A DNA stretch of 64,000 nt from Octopus sinensis (GCF_006345805.1 NC_043006.1:3906001-3970000); one strand, 5' to 3'; counted from the first letter of the stretch, positions 1-13,480 are shown. Made by a program: numbers and translations. Notes: generated from the sequence alone by a model not told the origin.

Positions 1-984
1 GAATTGCGGGTGTATAAAAAAAAACTTAAAAATTTTTATTTAACACCCTCATTTCGAAATTATAAGAAGACTAAGGCCGAAAATGGAACCAAGAGATCCA
101 ATTGTTCTCCTCAAAATATTGAGGATGATTCATTGGGAATGATATTGAAATAAAGTAAATATCTAGGTTCATTGTGATGACAGGATCTTATTAGTTTTGA
201 TCCCTCATTTATGCCGTGCAAGTCTCGAAAGTTGGTGAGAAACGTCTCACTTCCGACAAATTTATGACACAAGCTCGATCTACTGGACTCAAGAAAGTAT
301 ATTTAGGATTTTCTATTTTATTTTAAGGCGATCCAGCTTGTTTCTGTTTTTGTTTTTTTTTAAATATTCTTGGATGAGCTCAGTGAAAATTTTTGTACAG
401 ATGCTTGAAAAATATGGATGCAGTAATAACGTTTCCTGAATTGATTTCCAGTTAATCTGACGTAAACATTCACACAGTGTTATTGTCTATTAAAACCTCA
501 GCTTACAAACAAAAGTGTACGAAAGGCACTTATTATTGAGAGGATTATAGTTTGTTCCAATAAATTTATAGGCAGATGAAACGACGATATTTGTCATGTC
601 GGAATGATAATTATAATGACTAACTGTATAAGCAAACATTTTACACCAAAGTAACTGAACTTATCCAATTTAATTCATCGGAAAATATATAGAAACTGGA
701 TGCGGAAAAGCTTAACCGATAATTCTTTTATGTTTAACATACAAATTTGATGTTAACACAAAAGTGGTGCATGGTTTTTACCATGTAAACATTTCCTTTT
801 CTCCGTTAATCATTTGTTGTTACTGTCGTTACTGCTGTAGCTTATTTTATTGGAGCGTGTAGTGTGTGGATATACTTAGGCTTTTCCACGCCTCAGTTCT
901 TCTTCGCCACACTGATATGTCACCGTTGTCCAAGCAGTTTCTTCCAAGAGTTCTGGATTCACTGCTAAAGCGGTTCTCGTGTTG

Positions 985-1500
985 TCTCTTCAGACAACTT
1001 TTATTGACATCTGGAATTTCACCATTCAAAACTGACAGAAAGATGCAAATAAGCCACACATCATATTGAAAGACTTCAGACAAACATTATGCCTCCTCAT
1101 TGATATGACTGTCCCAATCGATATAAAAGTATCTACCAAAAACTGAGTAAGTATAAACATCTTGGAATAGAAATTAGCAAAATGTGGAACCTGAAAACTA
1201 AAACAATACCTGTTGTCATAGGTGCCCTGGGAATGATAGCAAGAGGGGCTGATTGCTACCTAGCTCAGATACCAGGAAACCCCAAAATGGCAGAAATTCA
1301 TAAGATAGTACTCATGGGAACTGCCCATATCCTACGTAAAATACTCTCTATGCAATCTCAAGTTTTAAAACAAACATAATTTTCTTATGGTTTCTTAAAC
1401 ACCAACATGAGAATCAAACTTGTTGATTCTTGAGGTCTCTGGGTGAGACTTGGAGCCAACTTGTACTAATGTAAAGCAAAAGTCAAACATAAAATAACAA
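985..1500 (+). mobile_element. R4/Dong-clade non-LTR retrotransposon, 3' fragment (restriction-like endonuclease domain + 3' UTR)
   Basis: Frameshifted translation FTIQTDRK..LLIDMTVPID..LSKYK.LGIEISKMWNLKTKTIPVVIGALG..GTAHILRK matches the REL C-terminus of R4-clade elements; ends in (TAA)n at ~1500. Confidence 0.85.
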
Positions 1501-1553
1501 TAATAATAATAATGATGATGATGATGATGATGATGACGACGACGATGACGATG

Positions 1554-1617
<64 letters not shown>

Positions 1618-1648
1618 TAATAAAAATAATAATAATAATAATAATAAT
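1500..1648. repeat. (TAA)n/(TGA)n microsatellite
   Basis: Directly visible. Confidence 0.95.
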
Positions 1649-1792
1649 TTGCCCTAGGAGTCGGGAAGACGCTCGGCAAGAAATGGAAGCAAATTTGAAA
1701 GAAGAAGAAAAATATAATAATAATAATAAATCAAAGCCATCCCCATTAGAAGAGGAATATTCCAGGAAAATACGCTCTCTCCACTCCTTTTC

Positions 1793-2649
1793 TGCTTGAC
1801 ACTGTCACCTCTATCTGATATGCTAAATAGAACTGAATGCGGATATAAATGTTACGGCAAAACGATCAGCCACCTTTTATATATGGATGACCTAAAACTA
1901 TACGCTGCAAATGACAAACAGCTGGAAACACTACTAAAGACAGTTCATGGATTCACCAAAGAAATAGATATGAAATTTGGATTAGAGAAATGCGCCAAAG
2001 TAACCCTGAAAAGAGGAAAACTAGTTAAGGGTAGCAACATCACACTAGATAAAACCAATGAAATAAAAGAATTAGACCAAAGCCAAACTTACAAATACTT
2101 AGGAATCCATGAACTAGATAAGACACAACACACACAAATGAAAGAGAAAATAAAAAAGAATATTATAGACTAGTTAGATCAATACTAAAAACAGAGCTCA
2201 ATGCTAAAGACAAGATAATAGGTATCAACACTTTAGCTGTCCCAGTTATAAGTTACAGCTACAATATGCTTAACTGGACACGAAATGAACTGTCCAAAAT
2301 AGATAGAAAAACAAGAAAAATAATGACAGGATCAAGGATGCATCACCCAAAATCTGACATAGAAAGGCTATATATACAACGTATAGAATGTGGTAGAGGC
2401 CTTATAAAACTGGAAAACTACTATAAAATAACCACCATAGGACTGCAAAAATACCAACTTCAGAAGGAAGGAAAACTTATACAAATAGCGACAAAACACG
2501 AGCAAAACAAAAAATTGTTCTCAATATTTAAGGAAGCTGACAAATACAAACAAGAAATCATACCACCTAACAAATATGAAGAAGAAGAAGAAGAAGAAGA
2601 AGAAGAAGAAGAAGAAGAAGAAGAAGAAGAAGAAGAAGAAGAAGAAGAA

Positions 2650-2696
<47 letters not shown>

Positions 2697-3636
2697 AGAA
2701 GACACAACAAAAGCTATAAAGCAAATGAAATCAAAACTAAAACTAGAACCGCAACGGACCATGATAAAACGATGGCAAGAAAAGCCCCTTCACGGTAAAT
2801 ACTGGACCAAACTAAATGCAAAAGAAATAGACAAAGAAAATTCCTAACAATGGTTGAGAAGCTCAGGACTCAAAGCAGAGACAGAGGGATTTTTAATTGC
2901 AGCACAAGACCAAAGCCTCCCCACCAGAAATTACCAAAAACATGTAATGAAAAGAAATATAACAAGTAACTGCAGAATATGTGGGGATGGACAAGAAACA
3001 ATAAATCATATTATCTGTGGCTGTCCAGTCCTGGCTAAGAAGGAATATATTCACAGATACGACAGAGTTGGAACCTACATACACTGGAAGCTATGCCAAC
3101 ATTATGGAATAACAACAGAAAAAAGATGGTATAGGCACACGCCAGAAAAGGTCACAGAAAACGAGAAAGCAACTTTACTCTGAGATATGCCAATACACAG
3201 AGAGAGAGAAATTAAGACCAACAGACCAGATATAGTTGTCAGAGATCATGAAGAAAAAACATGCTTTCTAATTGATGTATCAATACCAGCAGATGACAAC
3301 GTTTCTCTAAAAGAAATGGAGAAACTTTCAAAATAGAAAGACCTGGAAATAGAGGTAACCAGAATGTGGAATCTAAAAACAGAAACAATTCCTATCATAG
3401 TAGGTGCATTAGGCATGATAAAAAATATTCAGACAAATACAGAACAAAAACACCAGGACTTACAAACACATATAACATACAGAAAATTGCACTATTAGGC
3501 ACTGCACACATCCTACGCAGAACACTTTCAATGCAGTAACCATCAGACATCACAACAAATCACAGCACATACCCAAGGCACACAGAGCTGCGCTCGGTAG
3601 TGAACTGAAAGCACGCTATAAAAATAAAACTACTGA
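1793..3636 (+). mobile_element. R4/Dong-clade non-LTR retrotransposon, 5'-truncated and disabled (RT, CCHC zinc knuckle, REL)
   Basis: HLLYMDDLKLYA and YKYLGI (RT); LRSSGLKAETEGFLIAAQDQSLPT; CRICGDGQETINHIICGC; RPDIVV..IDVSIP..EKLSK; several in-frame stops; followed by (TAA)n. Confidence 0.93.
2578..2700 (+). repeat. (GAA)n tract in frame within the R4 ORF (poly-Glu)
   Basis: About 41 Glu codons (GAA, one GAG) between NKY and DTTKA. Confidence 0.95.
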
Positions 3637-4304
<668 letters not shown>

Positions 4305-4470
4305 GTGTTAAATGCTTAGCGAATGCTAGCGGTATTTCGTCTGCGTTACGTTGTGAGTTCAAATTCCGCCGTGGTCGACTTTGCCTTTCATCCTTTCGGT
4401 GTCGATAAATTAAGTACCAGTTACGAACTGGGGTCGATGTAATCGACTTAATACCTATGTCTGTCCTTGT
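4305..4470 (+). mobile_element. tRNA-derived SINE family A, 5'-truncated
   Basis: B-box GAGTTCAAATTCC then gtcgactttgcctttcatcctttcg..gtaccag..ggggtcgatgtaatcgactta, shared with copies at 16.5, 22, 45 and 52.6 kb. Confidence 0.85.
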
Positions 4471-4481
4471 TTTTTTTTTTT

Positions 4482-4957
4482 TTGTCTTGGTATAAAAGAT
4501 GGGCTACAGCAAATATTCTGCTCAATACCACAGATTTGCTTGTCAGTTGTTTGACCTTAACAGTTGAGCATGTCCCTTAGTGGCTGACGATATGTGCATC
4601 TCTGATCACGAGCAGAAGTAGTGGGGGAGAATCATAGCCACGTGTTGAGAGGGATTCATTGGGGTTTGAATAATTCACCTCTGGAAACATGGGTGTTTCG
4701 TTCAACGTCCTTAAACAACCCTTATTCAGGGACCTTTTGAGCGGGATGGGTTACTCGATCTGAAGAAAATTCTAACTGGGCTCCACCTGCAAGGTCATGT
4801 GCTGTTTATCTTGATATGAGATCACCATGTCGCGCACATATGGTTGTGATGCATGTGCCTGGTGTACCCTTATCAGACAGGTAGTCATGATGGGTATACT
4901 GGGCTTCGTATATATTACCCCAGTGTCACTTTGATGGCATGCTCTGCTCGCTCACTC
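4482..4957 (+). mobile_element. ~480-bp interspersed repeat ending in (AAT)n, copy 1
   Basis: Near-identical copy at 5818-6293 and reverse-complement copy at ~60559-61012. Confidence 0.8.
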
Positions 4958-5010
4958 AATAATAATAATAATATAATAATATAATAATAATAATGATATA
5001 ATAATGATAA

Positions 5011-5072
<62 letters not shown>

Positions 5073-5348
5073 TGATGATGATGATGATGATGATGAGATG
5101 ATGATGATGATGATAATAATAATAATATATAATAATATAATAATAATAATAATAATAATATAATAATAATACTAATAATATAATAATAATAATAAATAAT
5201 AATGATAATAATAATAAGATAATAATAATACTAATAATATAATAATAATAATAATAATGATAATAATAATAATAATAAATAATAATAATAATGATAATAA
5301 TAATAATAATATAATAATGATAATAATATAATAAATAATAATAATATA

Positions 5349-5381
<33 letters not shown>

Positions 5382-5551
5382 TAATAATAATAATAATATA
5401 ATAATATAATAATAATATAATGATAATAATAATAATAATAATAATGATAATAATAATAATAATGATAATAATAATAATAATGATAATAATAATATAATAA
5501 TAATAATAAATAATAATGATAATAATAATAATAATAATAACAATAATAATG

Positions 5552-5616
<65 letters not shown>

Positions 5617-5640
5617 TGATAATAATAATAAATAATAATA

Positions 5641-6293
5641 GTGTTAAATGCTTAGCGAATGCTAGCGGTATTTCGTCTGCGTTACGTTGTGAGTTCAAAT
5701 TCCGCCGTGGTCGACTTTGCCTTTCATCCTTTCGGTGTCGATAAATTAAGTACCAGTTACGAACTGGGGTCGATGTAATCGACTTAATACCTATGTCTGT
5801 CCTTGTTTTTTTTTTTTTGTCTTGGTATAAAAGATGGGCTACAGCAAATATTCTGCTCAATACCACAGATTTGCTTGTCAGTTGTTTGACCTTAACCAGT
5901 TGAGCATGTCCCTTAGTGGCTGACGATATGTGCATCTCTGATCACGAGCAGAAGTAGTGGGGGAGAATCATAGCCACGTGTTGAGAGGGATTCATTGGGG
6001 TTTGAATAATTCACCTCTGGAAACATGGGTGTTTCGTTCAACGTCCTTAAACAACCCTTATTCAGGGACCTTTTGAGCGGGATGGGTTACTCGATCTGAA
6101 GAAAATTCTAACTGGGCTCCACCTGCAAGGTCATGTGCTGTTTATCTTGATATGAGATCACCATGTCGCGCACATATGGTTGTGATGCATGTGCCTGGTG
6201 TACCCTTATCAGACAGGTAGTCATGATGGGTATACTGGGCTTCGTATATATTACCCCAGTGTCACTTTGATGGCATGCTCTGCTCGCTCACTC
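5641..6293 (+). repeat. Tandem duplicate of 4305-4957 (SINE + 480-bp element)
   Basis: Offset 1336 bp at both ends; only a 1-bp indel and T-run length differences noticed. Confidence 0.9.
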
Positions 6294-6328
<35 letters not shown>

Positions 6329-6339
6329 TAATAATAATG

Positions 6340-6375
<36 letters not shown>

Positions 6376-6392
6376 TAATAATAATAATAATA

Positions 6393-6436
<44 letters not shown>

Positions 6437-6442
6437 AATAAT

Positions 6443-7128
6443 AAGGAATAAAATCCAAACAGTCAATACGTGGGCGACAACATCACTTCGGTATGGAGCG
6501 GGAATTATAAAATGCTAAAAGAGAGAAATGAAGATAATTTATACCAAGACAAGAAAAATGTTGACAATACACGGAGCGTTCCACCGTTAGAGAGACACCG
6601 ATAGGTTGTACTTCTCCAGAAGGAAGAGTGGGAGAGGCATGATCAGTTGCCAGGACTGTATAAAAGCAGAGGAAAACAACCTAGGGTGGTATATAAAAAA
6701 TGCCGTGCGATCATCCGACCAGACATCGGAAACCAGACAGTGTTATGAAGGATAAACAAGAAATAGCATATATGATAACCGACATAACATTCCCCGGTGA
6801 CAACAATGTGAAAGAAGAAGAAATAAACAACTATGACGATTTGAAGTGGAAAATACGAGGTTTGTGGTCAATGAGGAAAGGAGACGTAATACCAATAGTA
6901 ATTGGTGTACTTGAAAGTATCAACACTCAGCTACCAACATGGCTGAAAAAGATTAATGCAAGTGTGAAGGTAGAACACCTACATAAATCAGCATCGCTTG
7001 GAACTGCAAGAATTCTTCGCAGGGTTCTTCAATCATGGCTAGTAAACAAGTGTCACCTTAGTCTGCTGGTTGTGGACATCAGGCACTTTCCGTCATGCCC
7101 AGCAAAATAAGTTGTGAGGTTTCATATA
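6443..7128 (+). mobile_element. R4/Dong-clade fragment, second subfamily, internally deleted
   Basis: NKIQTVNTWATTSLRYGAGIIK (RT thumb) joined to HRKPDSV..ITDITFPGD..IPIVIGVL..LGTARILRRVL (REL); followed by (AAC)n(AAT)n. Confidence 0.85.
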
Positions 7129-7148
7129 ACAACAACAACAACAACAAC

Positions 7149-7212
<64 letters not shown>

Positions 7213-7214
<2 letters not shown>

Positions 7215-7285
7215 GAAAATGGCACAGGGCCGCGGTTTTTGAGGGGACAGGGAAGTAACAACAACAACAACAACAACACAACAAC

Positions 7286-7334
<49 letters not shown>

Positions 7335-7450
7335 GTTTCAGAATATGGCACAGGGCCGCGGTTTTTGAGGGGACAGAGGAGTAACAATAATAATAATAAT
7401 CGTTTCAGAATATGGCACAGGGCCGTTGTTTTTGAGGGGACAAAGAAGTA
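7213..7450 (+). repeat. Three ~45-bp direct repeats separated by (AAT/AAC)n tracts
   Basis: atggcacagggccg(cg/tt)gtttttgaggggaca..aagtaa three times. Confidence 0.9.
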
Positions 7451-7679
7451 ATAATAATAATGCTAATAATAATGGCTTCAGAATTTAAGTTTAAGAAATC
7501 TAAGCTTAACGTTTAAAATTTCAGTTAACTCGTATTCTTCAATAAGTTATGATTTTACTTTTCATTAATATTGTTAATTTTTATTGGTATATGTCTATAT
7601 TTATTTGTTAATTATTATGTTAATTAACAAACGTATATTAAGATACATTTATCTATTATATTATTTTAGACCTGAAGAG

Positions 7680-7975
7680 TGGCTATATTGGGGTTACGAG
7701 AAAAGTACAGTTTGCGTACCACCACTACCTGCAATCCAGGAGGAGCTGAAAATTTCGATCACTGAAGCAGTTCGCATAATAACTCCAGATATGTTGTTGA
7801 GCGTCTGAACCGAACTGGACCATCGCATCGATGTTTTACAAGCAACCAGACGGGTGCACATTGAGTAACTTTAATGCTATCCTCTACCACATGAAACTGA
7901 ATGAAATCCTGCTCCTGAAGCTACAAACTGCGAAAGATTATTACAATAAATTTACATGTTACATATGTTTGAAAT
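7680..7975 (+). mobile_element. Tc1/mariner-superfamily transposase C-terminal fragment
   Basis: YWGYEKSTVCVPPLP..ELKISITEAVRIITPDMLLSV*TELDHRID..TRRVHIE resembles the WGY.K..VY.PP..L..RI motif after the last catalytic Asp. Confidence 0.7.
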
Positions 7976-8017
7976 CAGAGAGTGTTTTTGTAAAACCCGA
8001 CCCCTCGCATGTATATG

Positions 8018-8082
<65 letters not shown>

Positions 8083-8084
8083 GT

Positions 8085-9535
8085 AGTAGTAACAGAAAAG
8101 AGGAATTTCGGTTATCCTCACGTGGTGAGTTGTAATGTATATAAGAAATTAAAAAAGGAAAATACGCACACTTACATAGTTTTAATATAATTTATAATAT
8201 ATCGACCGGTTTCGCTATCGCTATTCATGATATTATGTTTTACTTATTTGAATATATATCTTTTCTTAAGAAAAAATTTGGTCCATGTTGTGTGTGATGA
8301 AATTCACGAGTGAATGACTTCACAAGTAGATAAATAAAGGAAGGTAATTGGTTGTCGTTATTATTGTTATTGTTGTGGGTAAGGGAGATAACTGTTCAGC
8401 TTTCGGTAATGGGTGGGGATTATATATGTGTACAGACAGAGTTTCAAAAACCTTGTTTAGTAGGGGATTTATGTACAGTGATGTAATCGTGAATTGAAAT
8501 ATGTAAAAAGATAAAAGTTGGTTATGCGTGCATATTAAGACGTGTTTTGTATTTTTCAATGAAAAAAGTTTCTTTATTTAAACGTTCTAGTTGAGAGATT
8601 GCGTCATTGCACTGGTAGAAAGGGAAGACTGTGAAATTTGGTTTGATGTTACCTGCACATTTTTCTATATTTTCACTGAGAGGAATTTGTCTGTATTGCG
8701 GGAAACGGATTTGCTCCATATGTAGAGTGGTTCTCTTTCTCAAGGTCATACTCGTTTGTCAAATATAGTGGTGTCCGCAACCCGAGCAGGTTATTACATA
8801 AATTAGGTTCTCAGAGGCACAGGTGAAACTAGTTTTAATTGTGAACTTCTGTCCTTGTTTGAAAAGGATATACGAGCCTTCAAGTAGGTTGGGGCAGGTT
8901 CCACAGTTTAGGTGTCCACATTTTTCAACCTTTGGTTTCGTGGTTGTTTTGTAAAGCTTCGCATTTGTTAGTAGTCTCTTTAGCGATTTGTCTTGTTTTT
9001 TGCATTTGATGAGTTTGTGTGTTTCCATGATGTCGTTCATTTTTGGATCTGTAGTTAGTAAAGGAAGTGTTTGCACAATAGTGTTGAATGCCTCAGTTTC
9101 TGGGGTTGTGTGTTGATATAAATAGTAATGTTTTGGTTTGAGATGTCGTGCTCTGTTTTTTTGTTCTTAGTGCTTTTGTGTCTAATTGTCTGGCACGTTT
9201 AATTCCCTCGTCGATAAGAGTGGGTGGATATTGTCTTTCAATAAGTGTTGTTTTGAGGTTTTGAAGACGAAGGTCCCGAGTTGTTCTGTCAGACACTATT
9301 GTGCAGATCCTTTTTTGCTAAGTTGAAAGGGATGTTTATTTTTATGTGTTTCTGGTGGCATGAGTTAAAAAGAAGATATTGTTTTGAATCAGTTGATTTA
9401 TAATAAATGTCAGTTATGATTTCATTGTTAACTTTTTTTATCATGATGTCTAAAAATGGAAGGTGTTCTTTGTTATATTCCATTGTGAATTGAATGTTAC
9501 TCTTTATGTCATTTAGTGTTGTTTTGAAATCCAAA
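8085..9535 (-). mobile_element. Penelope-like element (RT thumb + GIY-YIG endonuclease + 3' pLTR), 5'-truncated
   Basis: FTMEYNKEHLPFLDI..TDIYYKSTDSKQYLLFNSCH; CGHLNCGTCP Cys linker; NLIYVITCSGCGHHYI..TLRKRTTLH (GIY-YIG); homologous to 55900-57500. Confidence 0.92.
8199..8233 (-). ncRNA. Degenerate minimal hammerhead ribozyme remnant in PLE 3' repeat
   Basis: atatc-[CUG missing]ATGA-atagcgatagc-GAAA-CCGG-TC-gatat: 5-bp helix I, ACCGGT palindrome, core deletion. Confidence 0.5.
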
Positions 9536-9607
9536 GTGTGTCGGTGTTCTCCTTCCAGCTGATAAAGCAGTCATCCAGTTATCGCTTCCAATTTTCTGTT
9601 CATTTCT

Positions 9608-9714
<107 letters not shown>

Positions 9715-9811
9715 ATATATATATTATATAATGTATGTATGCATGCATGTATATGTATGTATATGTATGTGTGTCTGTGTCTATGTTTATGTATATATTT
9801 GCATATATACA

Positions 9812-10513
9812 TATACTAGTAGATCGAACAAATCTCTCACGTACCAACATAGCATAAATCTATATATTTACTGGTACAGGTATATATGGGGACTGGGTTC
9901 TGATTTGATACAAAGATCTTACCTTATTCAACACATTTTAACCCTTTGAAACATTATCCTAATCTGCCACATTAATATAATTTAGTTCTTTAGCTATAAA
10001 ATGCTATTTTTTAGGCCTGCAACCACCTATATTAATGTTCTGTAATTATTAACTATTTATATTGCCTTCGATAATAATAGAAATATTAATATGTATATAA
10101 AATATTCACTTCCGAATAATTTGCTGCTGATTAGTACTTTTCGCACAGAGGCTGTCCGCATTTTCGCGCTAAGCAATTAAGGGCGCCAGCAGATATTAAT
10201 GTGGCAGATTAGGATAATGTTTCAAAGAGCTAAGATGTCTTGAAGAAGGTAAGACCTTTGTATCAAACCAGAAACCGGTCCACATATATACCTGTACAAG
10301 TAAATATATAGGTTTATGCTATGTTGGTATGTGAGAGATCTTTTCGATCTGCTAGTATAAAATTAATTTTAGTTCTTTAGCTATAGAATGCTATCTTTTA
10401 GGCCTGCAGCAACCTATATTAATTTTTCTGCTATTATCAACTATTTATATTGCCTTCGATAATAATAGAAATATTATTATCATATAAATATTCATTTCCG
10501 AATATTTTGCTGC
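9812..10513. mobile_element. pLTR-like composite: ~124-bp inverted repeats (9812-9935 / 10235-10359) plus ~155-bp direct repeats (9971-10127 / 10361-10513)
   Basis: Manual alignment of arms and direct repeats; HHR-like motif in each inverted arm. Confidence 0.75.
10235..10285 (+). ncRNA. Minimal HHR-like motif (U3-G8)
   Basis: atgtc TTGAAGA A GGT..ACC A GAAA CCGG TC cacat; the inverted copy supplies atgtg, which pairs perfectly with cacat. Confidence 0.6.
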
Positions 10514-10773
10514 ATTTACATACATATACAAGTTTGGCCAAAAGTCACCTGACAATAAATCAGAACCATATAAATCCAAAATTTCTTTATTTTTAACAAC
10601 TGAATGAATTTAATAAAAGTATCTAAATATGAAACATCATGAACATTGTTCAAACTGAAGTCCTTCTTGAGCGACACATTTTTCCAAACGAATAAAACTG
10701 AATATCAAGTATTTATAGAATCTTGATTCTATAAATATATACATACATATACACACACACTCACACAACACAC

Positions 10774-10872
<99 letters not shown>

Positions 10873-11311
10873 GCACACACGAGTGTATGGTAATGTGATT
10901 ATGTGTATGTGTATATATGTCATCCATCAGACTTGAGAAGCTTCTCAGATGAGTGGGTCTCCGTTCTACCTGATGCATTAGCTCAGCTCATGTTACGCAC
11001 TTGAGAGAAACTGTATGAGTTACATACCTCACCCTCGCGACGAATATCTGTGCCAAGTGATTGGTGTTAGTTACGTTAGACTGTGATCAGGTGTCACCAT
11101 CTACATGAATGTTTTGTTAGTCCTGTACGTAATCAGGTGACACCATATGCGTGAACATGCCGCTACCATCAACACAGCAACTAACACCACCAACACCACC
11201 AACACCACCGTCACAACCATCATCGCCACCACCGTCAAGGCCGTGTGATATCAACACTATCGCCAATACAATCACTACTCTTCTACTGCTGCTGATGCAA
11301 CAAGCATAGCA

Positions 11312-11372
<61 letters not shown>

Positions 11373-11373
11373 T

Positions 11374-11427
<54 letters not shown>

Positions 11428-11634
11428 ACCTATTTTACTAATAATTACTGCGCTGCTGCTGCTGCTACTCATTACCATTTCTTCACACACATATGCTTGA
11501 GAGTCACAGTTTAGCAGAGATTTGGAGGATCCTTTAAACGTACACACACATACACACACATACGCACACGCATATAAACGCACACACACTCACTCGCTCA
11601 CATACTCTCTCTCTCTCTCTCTCTTTAGTATGTG

Positions 11635-11830
11635 ACCTCGTCTGTATCACCAGCGATTTTTTTCCTCTGTCTTCCCTTCTCGGGATCTTTCCTTCTCCTA
11701 TGTTTCCGACGAAGAGCTCCGCTCGAAACGTCAAACCCTCCTTCTTCCCTTCTTTCCTGAGCGTCCAATAATACTTTATTTGTTCCACGTCCTTGCGTTG
11801 TTGTCTTTTTGTTTTCTTGTTTGGATTAAC
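11635..11830 (+). mobile_element. Short pLTR-like non-autonomous repeat carrying an HHR motif
   Basis: Pyrimidine-rich unit between microsatellites containing the 11703-11735 motif. Confidence 0.55.
11703..11735 (+). ncRNA. Minimal type-I hammerhead ribozyme motif (U4C variant)
   Basis: ttt CCGACGA A GAGC-tcc-GCTC GAAA CG TC aaa: helix I ttt/aaa, 4-bp helix II, ACGT palindrome, GUC site. Confidence 0.72.
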
Positions 11831-11843
11831 TATATATATATAT

Positions 11844-11912
<69 letters not shown>

Positions 11913-12849
11913 CGAATATTTTCTATATATCTATCTATCTATATATATATATATATATATACACTCACACACATACACACACATGCACTCATAAACATAT
12001 GTTCATACCTACATGCATACACACACAGACACACATATATAAGAATATATATACATTTCTATGTACATATACGCGCATATATTACATTGTATCATACAAT
12101 ATTATATATATTACACACGTGTAAACATGTGTGTGTACGTATGTATGTATGTATGTATGCAGTTATGTATTTATGTATGTATATATGTGCGTTGATGTAT
12201 GTATGTTTATGCGTGTAAGTGTTTATGAATATTATATATATATATTATATATATAATATATATATAATATATATAATATATATATATATATACATGTATG
12301 TATGCATGTTTATGCGTGTATGTGTTTATGTATATATATATATGTGTGTGTGTTGTGTGTATGTGTGCGTATGTATGTACATAAATTTCTTTTACAGACA
12401 TGTACAGTATTTATTGTTGCTTACTGAAATATCAGAAACTTTTTGGCAAAGCTGAGTCGAAATAGTTTTGTTTTGCATTCTCTACGAATTTCTGAAAGCA
12501 AAGATTTGAAGCGAAGAAGAAATATTACCTGGGATGCTCCCTGGCTTTCATCTCTGAAATCAAATTGAAAGATAACATCTAGGAGTACAGCCCTGATTTT
12601 ACTTGCCCACCGCCATATTTGCAGCTCATGCTTATAACACTATAATACTACACGGTTATCCCTTAGTAGCTAATAAAAGACAAATTTTAGAGCTACTCCG
12701 CCTCATAACGAAACAATTGATCACCATGACTATTGATCAGAATGACTATTTGAGCAATGGAGTAGGCAAAATACTGTAGGCTAATAAGTGTGAAAGCCAT
12801 CGAATACTTTACACTGAAATGAACTCCACAGTTTACTAAATATTAACTA

Positions 12850-13162
12850 TGTTTGTTTGTTTGTTCCTTCTCAAGCCATGCCTGGCTCATAAGGGTCGGT
12901 CTTCCGGTTTCCTTGGCGTATAGGTTTCCCACCTGGACGGGACGCCGGTCCGTCGCAGATGAGCTGCAAAATGCAGGAGGAAAGAGTGGGAGAAAGTTGT
13001 GGCGACAGAGTCAGCAGAGGTTTCGCCATTACCTTCTGCCGGAGCCACGTGGAGCTTAGGTGTTTCGCTCAAAAACACACACATCGCCCGGTCTGAGATT
13101 CAAACCCGCGATCCCTCGATCGCGAGTCTGCTGCTCTAACCACTAGGCCATGTGCCTCCACA
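12850..13162 (-). mobile_element. tRNA-derived SINE (separate family)
   Basis: Head TGGCCTAGTGGTTAGAGC (A box) .. GGTTTGAATC (B box); non-tRNA body; (AAAC)n-like tail. Confidence 0.8.
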
Positions 13163-13246
13163 AAAGATTAACTATGAACGTTGCTTTGCCAGTCCTTTGT
13201 ATCACATGACATTCAGGGCATATTTTCAAGGCGTCCATACATCAAA

Positions 13247-13480
13247 TACGAAGGAGCGTTGAAAAATTCCTGGCTTTTGGTAAAAGAAAATACAGGAGGA
13301 GCAATTAATTATGATTTTACTCAGCATATTCCCCTCTCAGATTCACACACTTACTGCAGAGGTCCTTCAGTTTTTCTAAGTCCTGTAAAAGAACTCAGAA
13401 GGTTGGGCCTCCGACCAGGTCTTTCGCAATACTCTTTCAGCACGCCCTCGGCTGCATAAACTTTTCCATTTGTTTTGGGG
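13247..13480. mobile_element. Mariner-type MITE/fragment
   Basis: TA-CGAAGGAGCGTTGAAAAATTCCTGG end, related to the inverted-end element at 43586-43800. Confidence 0.5.

Noticed and set aside
7213-7450. CRISPR array
   Set aside because: Eukaryotic context, only three units, spacers are microsatellites, no cas genes
13085-13162. tRNA gene
   Set aside because: Has A and B boxes but no complete cloverleaf and continues into a SINE body
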